Assembly (NCBI GenBank): GCA_036918135.1
Contig: JBALDB010000067.1
Span: forward strand, 32,001 to 96,000
DNA from: Nostoc sp.
GTDB taxonomy: Bacteria; Cyanobacteriota; Cyanobacteriia; Cyanobacteriales; Nostocaceae
DNA: 64,000 nucleotides
Direction: 5' to 3'
This document shows positions 21,464-29,599 of the stretch, piece by piece (the first letter of the stretch is position 1; each line of letters opens with the position of its first letter). The position numbers and the translations under genes were made by a program. The notes under the pieces were generated by a model. The model saw only the letters and a program-made list of their open reading frames with translations. It was not told the DNA's origin and made no database searches.

Positions 21464-21629
21464 AAAGTAGAGCAGTTTTCATTTCATTGAACCACAATCT
21501 TGTAGGGGTAGAGTAATGCTTTTCCCTTAACAATTGGTTTATTTAGTTTTCAGACAAGTTTTTTAATATATACAGTGACTCAAATATGGTTAAACTACCG
21601 ATATACTAATCGCTTTGGAATTTAGATCG

Positions 21630-22976
21630 ATGCATAGAAATACGAAAAAATTTGCTGCTATTTTTGTGTTGGTGTTTTCTCTAATTGTTTCTCTCAACTT
21701 TGCTGTTATCGCTCAAGATACTCCAGATGTTCCTTCTATAATTGCACCATCTCAGACTTGCTCAGTTCCTACTAATTTTACAACTCAACAAGTTATTGCT
21801 GACAACGGTGGTAACCAAGTTAAAATGGGCGATCGCATTAAAGTCAGAGTTAACGGATTATCAGCAGCTACAAATCCAACGACTAAGGGGAATTCATTCG
21901 ATCCTCGACAATTAGTCTTGTACTTGAATGGCTATGAACTAGAGAACATACACGCAGAACCAACTATCGTTATGGTTCCGGATCGAGAGAAAAGACTAGT
22001 TGTCGATCGTGATTGGTTAGCTTTTCAACTCGAACGCAATAATCCATCAGAACATGTATGGAATGCGCTGATTGGTAGAGCCAATCAATACAGTATTAAC
22101 GCGATTGTGGGAGTAGGCTGTCCCAATAAAATTGCGATTCCAGTCAGCAACCCTCTCTCACCTCCTCAAATCAAAATAATTCTGTTATCGTGGCGCTTTT
22201 GGCTGTGTCTGCTTCTACTTTTGGCTGTAGGATTATTATTTACTCGGTATTGCCGAAACGCTCTTCGTAGCCCTGGAATAGAAGGAGTTTACTCAAAAAA
22301 AGAAGTAATTGCTGGTCAGGAAATTTTAATGACAAAAGAAGTTAGCGTTGAACCTGAACAGCGAAAAACACGAATTGCTCGATTTTTTCTGGGTAGGAAA
22401 AAATTGTATAAAAATCCGTTCAGCTTATCGATATCTCAACTTGCTTTCTGGACATTTATCATTTTTGGTTCTTACATTATTATTTACGGAATAACGGGAA
22501 ATTATAGCAATGTTTTAAATCAACAATCACTAATATTATTGGGAATTAATTCTGTAACTGTATTTGGTAGTTCCTTAATTGATGGACAAGGTAATGAAAA
22601 AAATAAAAAAGGTACTCAAGGCGTTTCTGAAGGGTTTTTTATAGACATATTATCTGATATTAATGGAGTCAATTTTCATCGATTTCAAACATTTATTTGG
22701 ACAGTGGCAATTGGACTATTCTTTGTTTGGGAAGTTGCTAAAAATCTAGCAATGCCAGAATTCGATCAAACGCTTCTGACGCTACAAGGAATTAGTGCAG
22801 CTACATATCTAGGACTGAGAGGACAAGAAGAGCATGGAATGACAACAGACCCGGAATCTACATTCCCAAAAGATAACTCATTAGAACAACAGCCTATACC
22901 AAAAGTAGACAATCCACCAGAAAGTGCAGTGCAAGACAATCTACCAGAGAGCGATTCTTTGAGTAATCCAGGTTAA
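21630..22976 (+). CDS. Uncharacterised membrane protein: signal peptide, extracytoplasmic domain, multi-TM C-terminal domain
   Basis: Hydrophobic N-terminus and about five TM segments; FSLSISQLAFWT, LLGI, DILSD.NG..FHRFQ.F.WT; acidic tail. Confidence 0.7.
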   Translation: MHRNTKKFAAIFVLVFSLIVSLNFAVIAQDTPDVPSIIAPSQTCSVPTNFTTQQVIADNGGNQVKMGDRIKVRVNGLSAATNPTTKGNSFDPRQLVLYLNGYELENIHAEPTIVMVPDREKRLVVDRDWLAFQLERNNPSEHVWNALIGRANQYSINAIVGVGCPNKIAIPVSNPLSPPQIKIILLSWRFWLCLLLLLAVGLLFTRYCRNALRSPGIEGVYSKKEVIAGQEILMTKEVSVEPEQRKTRIARFFLGRKKLYKNPFSLSISQLAFWTFIIFGSYIIIYGITGNYSNVLNQQSLILLGINSVTVFGSSLIDGQGNEKNKKGTQGVSEGFFIDILSDINGVNFHRFQTFIWTVAIGLFFVWEVAKNLAMPEFDQTLLTLQGISAATYLGLRGQEEHGMTTDPESTFPKDNSLEQQPIPKVDNPPESAVQDNLPESDSLSNPG

Positions 22977-23160
22977 ATAATGGAGAGTATTTTTGTGTAT
23001 TAGACTTTTAATTTTGAGTTGCGATCGCTCGCGACTCAAATCTCTCGTTAGCTTTAGCTCCCCCACTTCTTAAAGAAGTCGGGGATTTCTTTTTTTAGCA
23101 ATGATTAATAATTTTAGATATTCTTTAAAATATACAGTCAGATTTGGAATCATACCTTGT

Positions 23161-24912
23161 ATGGTAATTCTGCACCCGGTTTCCGATTTCATAAACTGTG
23201 ATTTTGCACTTAGTGAATCCCCTAGTTATTACTATCATGGGTATTGTCCCCAAAGCGGCGAGGGCTTAACATTATCCCGCACCACAATGTCCGAAGCGAT
23301 CGCTCATGGACTAATGCAACATCTTGCCAAAGATGACTGTTATTCTCGTGAAGGCAAAATGTATGGGATATTATTAGTTGAATTGCCTAATGGCGAACAA
23401 CGGGTACTTAAAGCTTTCTCTGGTCTTTTACATGGTTGCAGTGTGGTTGAGGGTTGGGTGCCACCAATACCAGGAAGAGACGAAGTTGCTTTCCAAGAAG
23501 CTCGCACCTTGTTACAGTTAGACGCCATCAAGCGAGAAATCCTCACCTTGAAGCAACTCAAGGAACGTCAGCAGTACGAAACCTTATTTAGTGAGTTTGA
23601 GCAGCAATTACAAGCAATGAGCGATCGCCATCGCCATTGCAAACATCAACGACAACAAAAACGTCAGCAAATCTGCAATACACTGACCGAAGAAGCGTTG
23701 GCTATTGCTCTCGAACAACTCGACGCCGAAAGTCGTCAACAGAAAATCGAACGACGACAACTTAAACGCCAGCAAAATATAGTATTACAGCCCCTCCAGC
23801 AGTCGATCGCAACCGCAGATTTGCGGATTTTAGAACTCAAACAACAGCGTAAAGCACTATCACGAGAATTACAAGCTCATCTGCACGCTAGCTACAGCCT
23901 GACAAATTTTGCTGGGCGCTCGCAATCTTTACAACAATTGCTGCCAGAAGGCTTCCCCACTGGTACAGGAGACTGTTGTGCCCCAAAGCTACTGCATTAT
24001 GCCGCAACTCATCATCTCAAACCCTTGGCAATGGCAGAATTTTGGTGGGGAGCGTCTTCAGTCAATCAAGATAAAATCCAGGGAGAATTTTATGGAGCAT
24101 GTGCGGAACGATGTCAGCCATTGATGGGGTTTTTGCTATCTGGCTTGAAACCTAGCCCCCCAGCGCCCTTATCACCTCTCTCTAACCCTCTGCTAAAAGG
24201 AGAGGGAAGCGGAAAACTTTTGTTGCTGGAAGCGGGAGTAAGAAGCCCCTTCCCTAATAGCGGAGGGTTTAGGGGAGAGGTGAGTTTATCGATTATTTAT
24301 GAAGACGAGTGGCTGATTGCTGTGGACAAACCGGCTGGATTACTTTCTGTACCTGGGCGTTATCGCGATCGCCAGGATAGTGTTTGGAGTCGCTTGTCTC
24401 ATCTGTTACCTGATAGCATGACACTTACATCTGTGCATAGATTAGACCAAGAAACATCTGGTATTTTGTTGTTAACACGCGATCGCCAAACTCATCGGCA
24501 ACTCAGCCAGCAGTTTCAGCAGCGACAAGTTCACAAGGTTTATGAGGCTTTACTTGCAGGTTTTGTAAGAGTCGAGCAAGGTACAATTGAATTGCCATTG
24601 TGGGGAGATCCAGAAAATCGCCCTTATCAGCAAGTTGATTGGCAGCGCGGTAAACCGAGTTTGACACAATTCCGAGTGATGGTGAGGGAAGGAGATTATA
24701 CCCGTGTAGAATTTACTCCTCTAACAGGACGTAGCCATCAATTGAGAGTTCATGCGGCAGATGTGCGAGGACTGGGGGTAACTATTTTAGGCGATCGCCT
24801 TTATGGATGCTGTGCAAACGCTAATCGGTTACATTTACATGCAAGAGAAATTTGTTTTCAGCATCCGCAGTCAGGAGAAACCCTTCATCTACAAGTAAAA
24901 ACACCGTTCTAA
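23161..24912 (+). CDS. RluA-family pseudouridine synthase, long form with N-terminal coiled coil
   Basis: GKMYGILLV, AFSG, PTGTGDCCAPKLL, DKPAGLLSVPG, VHRLDQETSG, PLTGRSHQLRVH, LHLHA. Confidence 0.92.
   Translation: MVILHPVSDFINCDFALSESPSYYYHGYCPQSGEGLTLSRTTMSEAIAHGLMQHLAKDDCYSREGKMYGILLVELPNGEQRVLKAFSGLLHGCSVVEGWVPPIPGRDEVAFQEARTLLQLDAIKREILTLKQLKERQQYETLFSEFEQQLQAMSDRHRHCKHQRQQKRQQICNTLTEEALAIALEQLDAESRQQKIERRQLKRQQNIVLQPLQQSIATADLRILELKQQRKALSRELQAHLHASYSLTNFAGRSQSLQQLLPEGFPTGTGDCCAPKLLHYAATHHLKPLAMAEFWWGASSVNQDKIQGEFYGACAERCQPLMGFLLSGLKPSPPAPLSPLSNPLLKGEGSGKLLLLEAGVRSPFPNSGGFRGEVSLSIIYEDEWLIAVDKPAGLLSVPGRYRDRQDSVWSRLSHLLPDSMTLTSVHRLDQETSGILLLTRDRQTHRQLSQQFQQRQVHKVYEALLAGFVRVEQGTIELPLWGDPENRPYQQVDWQRGKPSLTQFRVMVREGDYTRVEFTPLTGRSHQLRVHAADVRGLGVTILGDRLYGCCANANRLHLHAREICFQHPQSGETLHLQVKTPF
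24148..24283. repeat. Palindromic (REP-like) repeat embedded in frame in the RluA gene
   Basis: CCTCTC.CTAACCCTCTGCTA...TAGCGGAGGGTTTAGGGGAGAGG inverted repeat; translates as a low-complexity Pro/Gly insert between domains. Confidence 0.65.
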
Positions 24913-24922
24913 AGTTATCATC

Positions 24923-25546
24923 ATGAATACCGTAATTACACTAGAAAGAATCGAACTCCAAGCTGGCACAGTCGTAAGGATGTTGGGATGTTGGGAAGAT
25001 TATCAAGTACTCAGTGAGCGACTTGGTGATCGCGCCTGTCCTCGGATTAAATATCGCAGAGGAGAGATTTTGCTAATGGCACCGCTACCAGAGCATGGAA
25101 GAGATGTGAGCTTGCTGGCGAATATTGCTCAGGTTTTGCTGGATCGTTTAGAGCAAAGATACGACTCATTTACACCTATTACCATGAGTTTGCCAGAATT
25201 TAGCGGTATTGAACCTGACTATTGCTTTTATATTGAAAATTGGAGATCCGTGGTAGGTAAGAATCGTATCGACTGGCAAAACGATCCTCCACCTGATTTA
25301 GTAATTGAGATAGATGTTACTAGTTATACAGATATTAATGATTATCTACCTTATAAAGTACCAGAGATTTGGCTGTTAAAAAATAAGCAGCTATTAGTTT
25401 ATAGATTGCAGGGTGAAAATTACGCAATTGCACAAAGCATTTACTTTTCTAACGTTGCAGAAATTGTGCAGCAATGCTTACAAATTGCAAACGAACAAAC
25501 AACAAGTGAGGCGATTAGGTGGTTGAGAAGCTTTTTGCATGGGTAA
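24923..25546 (+). CDS. Uma2 family (PD-(D/E)XK) putative endonuclease
   Basis: W.DY, MAPLPEH, EPDYCFY, PPPDLVIEIDVTS, Y...VPEIW. Confidence 0.88.
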   Translation: MNTVITLERIELQAGTVVRMLGCWEDYQVLSERLGDRACPRIKYRRGEILLMAPLPEHGRDVSLLANIAQVLLDRLEQRYDSFTPITMSLPEFSGIEPDYCFYIENWRSVVGKNRIDWQNDPPPDLVIEIDVTSYTDINDYLPYKVPEIWLLKNKQLLVYRLQGENYAIAQSIYFSNVAEIVQQCLQIANEQTTSEAIRWLRSFLHG

Positions 25547-25633
25547 TTGGTGACTCAGCACTCCTAAATTGCTCATAAAAACAAGCTATGGTGTTTTGAC
25601 ACATTCTTACTAGGAGAAAATCTTCTCAATCTT

Positions 25634-28600
25634 CTATTGAAGAATTGCTGTTTTAATCTTCTTACAGATGTTCACCCAAGCTTGATTTTCTTGTGCAGAG
25701 TTCAAGCTGTCTAAAGGTTGATTGGGAGTGTGCGCTGATTGATACTTTTCAATTTCTGTTTCCTCATAGTTACTATAAGTCAAAGGTATCCAAATAATTG
25801 TCAGTCCTTCGGCTGAAGCCGCATCTAATAATGGGGGTAATTCATTCTCGGCAATAAAATCTGATGCTAAAAAATCAGGGCTAACCAACAATACTGCTAC
25901 TTTTGCCGCTGCTAAAGCATTTTCAATTTCTTCGCGCCAGTTTGCACCAGGTTGAATTTGGGTATCGTCCCATACAGCCATATTTTGGTTGCGAATCATT
26001 GGTTTGAGGTGTTTCTGAAGTTTGGTAAGCCACTGCTCATCTTGATGACTATAGCTGATGAAAACTTTATTTCTGGTTATATTTTCAGAGATAGGGATTT
26101 GTGGTTTTTGTGAGGTCGATAAAACATCATCAATCAGTCTTTGGACATCTACCATACGAAAGCTGTTTTGGCACTGGATTTGGTAATTACGGGCTTCCAG
26201 GGATTTGTACAACACTTCTCGGCTATAAAAATGAGGCGTTTGACTATCTTTACAGCTTTCACAATTGCAGGGAACAAGTGTTTGGTATTGCAGACGTTCA
26301 TAAGATTTATGAATTTTTTCTAGTTCATGAGTAATAACTGCTAGCAGTTCTTTCTTGCGTTTTCCTGCTACGCAAATTTTGATTTCTCGTTGATAGTAAT
26401 ATTCAATCACTTCGGCGCAAGTTTGGTCTTTAGCAAGAACAACGCCTGTTTTCCAAACGAGGGTTTGTTGTTCAATTAAAGAATGCATTTCGACGATAAA
26501 GCGGGTAAGAATTCCTTTCGGCATGAAGTCATATTTATACCGCAAGATTAGGTTATTAGATTCATCCCAACTGAAATCAGGTTGATTGACAGAGAGTAAT
26601 TGAGGTGCAATATAATTGCCAGGACGATTAGGGATTTCGTAACACAGTTTAAATTTCATCATTAGCCGCAATAGTTCTGCCTGCATATCAGCATATTTAT
26701 CCTCATGCCAAATATTGACTAAATCACTGCGGTTAAATTGACCCATGTTTTGAATTACTTGTGGATTATCTAATACTTTGTAAACGGCATCTGTACCCCA
26801 AGTAGGTTTGAGGATCACGGTTTTTCTTAAAAAGTCATCATCTTGGAAGTGAAGACACACACCTAAATCATGTAGATAGCCACTGAGTTGAAGTTTATCT
26901 TCCCGTTTAGTAAAACCATATTCTTGACAGATGTTCAGATATTCTTCCAAGCTAATATATTCGCGGGAGTCTCGTTCTAAAGCTTCCCGTACTTTAACCC
27001 AGGTTTTGGGTAGTTCTGTTCCTACATGCGGTAGGTTACTAATATAATGCTTAATTTTATTTAAGATTTCTGGCAGACCACGATTGGTGGCAAGGTTTGT
27101 AGTAAGTGTTTCTTTAAAATTGGTAAATTCGCGTCGCAACTCTCGCTCGTTTATTTCCCGTTTGCGCTCTTGTTTTTCATTTTTGACAATTAGTAAAGGA
27201 CTATTATCGCTCAGTAATTTAACCGCATTTAACCAGTAGTAAAAATCTGTATCTTCTGTGCGGATATCAGCAACTAGGGCATAAAGAGAGCGTTTGGTAA
27301 GAAAAAATTGGTGAGTAGCATGGTAAATCTCTTGACCACCAAAGTCCCAAATGTTGACCTGAAATTCTCTGCCATTGTCAAGCAAGAACTTCCATTGAAT
27401 AACATCAATGCCTTGAGTAGTACTTTCATCTTGTTGTAATGTATATTTCTGGTCTTGAATTTTTTTGACTAAGGTAGTTTTACCTGCACCACCTTCTCCT
27501 ACAACGAGTAATTTAGCTTCATACAGGTGATCGGTTTCTTGTTGCTGACCGTAAAAGTTCAGTATTGCTTTCAATCCTTTACTTTGGATTTCTGGCGGAA
27601 GTGGTTCTAGAAGATTGCTGCTAAGTTCAAGCTGCCTGAGGTTGGCGAGTTGTCCAATTTCCACGGGCAAACTGCTGAGTTGATTATTGTCTAGGTAGAG
27701 GGATTGCAGGTTGGTGAGTTGTCCAATTTCACCTGGCAGACTGCTAAGTTGATTATTGTAGAGGTCAAGGGATTGCAGGTTGGTGAGTTGTCCAATTTCC
27801 CTTGGCAGACTGCTAAGTTGATTGTTGTAGAGGTAGAGAGTTTGCAGATTGGTGAGTTGGACAATTTTCTCTGGCAAACTGCTGAGTTGATTGTTGTTGA
27901 GGTAGAGAGTCTGTGGGTTGGTGAGTTGTCCAATTTCCCCCGGCAAACTGCTGAGTTGATTGCTATTGAGGTAGAGAATTTGCAGGTTGGTGAGTTGTCC
28001 AAATTCCCTTGGCAGACTGCTGAGTCGATTGTAGCTGAGGTTGAGGGTTTGCAGGTTAGTGAGTTGTCCAAATTCCTTTGGCAGACTGCTGAGTCGATTG
28101 TAACTGAGGTTGAGGGTTTGCAGGTTAGTGAGTTGTCCAATTTCCCTTGGCAGACTGCTGAGTTGATTGCTGTCGAGGTAGAGGGATTGCAGGTTGATGA
28201 GTTGTCCAATTTCCCCTGGCAGACTGCTGAGTTGATTGTAGCTGAGGTTGAGGGATTGCAAGTTGGTGAGTTGGACAATTTCACCTGGCAAACTGCTGAG
28301 TTGATTGTAGCTGAGGTTGAGGGATTGCAAGTTGGTGAGTTGGACAATTTCTCTTGGCAGACTGCTGAGTTGATTGCTGCTCAGGTCGAGGGTTTGCAGG
28401 TTAGTGAGTTGGACAATTTCCTCTGGCAGACTGCTCAGTCGATTACTACCCAGGTAGAGGGTTAGCAGGTTGGTGAGTTGTCCTATTTCCCCTGGCAGAC
28501 TGCTCAGTCGATTGAATCTGAGGTTGAGGGTTAGCAGTTTGGTGAGTTGTCCTATTTCCCCTTGCAGAGTGCTGAGTTGATTGCTGCCCAAGTAGAGGGT

Positions 28601-28864
28601 TAGCAGGTTGGTAAGTTGTCCTATTTCCCCTGGCAGACTGCTCAATCGATTACTGCCCAGATCAAGGGATTGCAGGTTGGTGAGTTGGACAAATTCTCTT
28701 GGCAGAGTGCTGAGTTGATTGCTGCCTAAGTAGAGGGTTAGTAAGTTGGTAAGTTGTCCTATTTCCCCTGGCAATCTTATTAAGTTTTTGCCAGAAAGGT
28801 CTAATTCTGTCACCTTGTCTTTGGCAGCTTGTTCAATAATTTGCAGCAGTTCTTCGTTAGTCAT
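25634..28864 (-). CDS. Roco protein: LRR array + Roc GTPase + COR + C-terminal TIR domain
   Basis: 17 LRRs of 23 aa; GEGGAGKT P-loop, STTQG, WDFGGQ, NE.. G4 region; COR motifs LHDLG..LHF and PKGILTRFIV; TIR motifs FISYSHQD...WDD...LVSPDFLASDFI..NEL. Confidence 0.92.
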   Translation of the reverse strand: MTNEELLQIIEQAAKDKVTELDLSGKNLIRLPGEIGQLTNLLTLYLGSNQLSTLPREFVQLTNLQSLDLGSNRLSSLPGEIGQLTNLLTLYLGSNQLSTLQGEIGQLTKLLTLNLRFNRLSSLPGEIGQLTNLLTLYLGSNRLSSLPEEIVQLTNLQTLDLSSNQLSSLPREIVQLTNLQSLNLSYNQLSSLPGEIVQLTNLQSLNLSYNQLSSLPGEIGQLINLQSLYLDSNQLSSLPREIGQLTNLQTLNLSYNRLSSLPKEFGQLTNLQTLNLSYNRLSSLPREFGQLTNLQILYLNSNQLSSLPGEIGQLTNPQTLYLNNNQLSSLPEKIVQLTNLQTLYLYNNQLSSLPREIGQLTNLQSLDLYNNQLSSLPGEIGQLTNLQSLYLDNNQLSSLPVEIGQLANLRQLELSSNLLEPLPPEIQSKGLKAILNFYGQQQETDHLYEAKLLVVGEGGAGKTTLVKKIQDQKYTLQQDESTTQGIDVIQWKFLLDNGREFQVNIWDFGGQEIYHATHQFFLTKRSLYALVADIRTEDTDFYYWLNAVKLLSDNSPLLIVKNEKQERKREINERELRREFTNFKETLTTNLATNRGLPEILNKIKHYISNLPHVGTELPKTWVKVREALERDSREYISLEEYLNICQEYGFTKREDKLQLSGYLHDLGVCLHFQDDDFLRKTVILKPTWGTDAVYKVLDNPQVIQNMGQFNRSDLVNIWHEDKYADMQAELLRLMMKFKLCYEIPNRPGNYIAPQLLSVNQPDFSWDESNNLILRYKYDFMPKGILTRFIVEMHSLIEQQTLVWKTGVVLAKDQTCAEVIEYYYQREIKICVAGKRKKELLAVITHELEKIHKSYERLQYQTLVPCNCESCKDSQTPHFYSREVLYKSLEARNYQIQCQNSFRMVDVQRLIDDVLSTSQKPQIPISENITRNKVFISYSHQDEQWLTKLQKHLKPMIRNQNMAVWDDTQIQPGANWREEIENALAAAKVAVLLVSPDFLASDFIAENELPPLLDAASAEGLTIIWIPLTYSNYEETEIEKYQSAHTPNQPLDSLNSAQENQAWVNICKKIKTAILQ
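27602..28774 (-). repeat. 69-bp tandem repeat x17 encoding the LRRs
   Basis: Near-identical nucleotide units counted from the translation. Confidence 0.9.
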
Positions 28865-29019
28865 TTGGGGTTTTATAAAGGTGATGTCTGACGACGAGTT
28901 TGTGCTTGGACGCGCAGCAGAGATATTGAGCTAATTAATAATGTAGCCTGTATCAAGGATTGCGTTAGCGCGTAAGCGTAGCTTGTAGTAGACATCGCCC
29001 CTCCTGCGCGTCTACGCTC

Positions 29020-29325
29020 CACTTCAAAGCCCCATCATTCCACCTCTGAACTAGGAAGTTGCACCTTTTTACACCAACTATCGAGTAAAAAGAGCGAATG
29101 CTCGACTTCTGAACTCGGAAGTTGCACCTTTTAACTCGACAGTTCGAGTTAAAAGGGTGATAGTTTGACCTTTAACCCTCGAAGTTGCACCTTTAACCCT
29201 CGAAATTGCGCCTTTAATCCTCGAAGTTGCACCTTTAATCCTCGAAATTGCGCCTTTAATCCTCGAAATTGCACCTTTAACCCTCAAAGTTGCACCTTTG
29301 AAGACGAACTATCAAGTAAAAAGAG
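29020..29325. repeat. 21-bp period tandem array; six well-conserved copies of CCTTTAAYCCTCGAARTTGCR at 29169..29294 plus degenerate flanks
   Basis: Read directly; no unique spacers. Confidence 0.9.
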
Positions 29326-29353
29326 CGTTGGCACAGCCTGCCGCAGGTATCGC
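29325..29353. mobile_element. 21-nt small dispersed repeat inserted into a HIP1 site (GCG^ATCGC); related copies at 28970..28998 and 48557..48585
   Basis: GCG-TTGGCACAGCCTGCCGCAGGT-ATCGC; GCG-TAAGCGTAGCTTGTAGTAGAC-ATCGC; GTG-TTGGCGTAGCCCGCCGCAGGC-ATCGC. Each insert is 21 nt. Confidence 0.75.
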
Positions 29354-29444
29354 TCTCCTTTAAATCCTGATCATTCCACCTTAAAACAAGAATGGCCGAG
29401 TCCTAAACAGGAATGGCTGAGTTCCGAACACGAAACTTACACCT

Positions 29445-29559
29445 TATACCAATTCTGTATGAAGATGTACATAATCAAGACCCCCCTGTAGTCCTGCCTT
29501 GGTAAGGGGAGACGGCGTAGCCGGGGTAATATATGCAGCTTCATAAAGAAACGGTATTA
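29445..29559. mobile_element. MITE-like element
   Basis: Left end TATACCAATTCTGTATGAAGATGTACA matches the reverse complement of the right end, TAATACCGTTTCTTTATGAAGCTGCA. Internal GC-rich hairpins. Confidence 0.6.
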
Positions 29560-29599
29560 AAACTCATGCATGAAAAAGGAATATCCCCTACACCCTTTT

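Noticed and set aside
27691..28465. Long alternative-frame and antisense ORFs (218 aa, 253 aa) over the LRR region
   Set aside because: Stop-free frames are an expected by-product of a 69-bp tandem repeat.
29020..29325. Possible CRISPR array
   Set aside because: Units are contiguous 21-bp tandem repeats without unique spacers, and there are no cas genes in the window.
25634..29325. Diversity-generating retroelement acting on the LRR gene
   Set aside because: No reverse transcriptase and no template/variable repeat pair with adenine-specific differences was seen.
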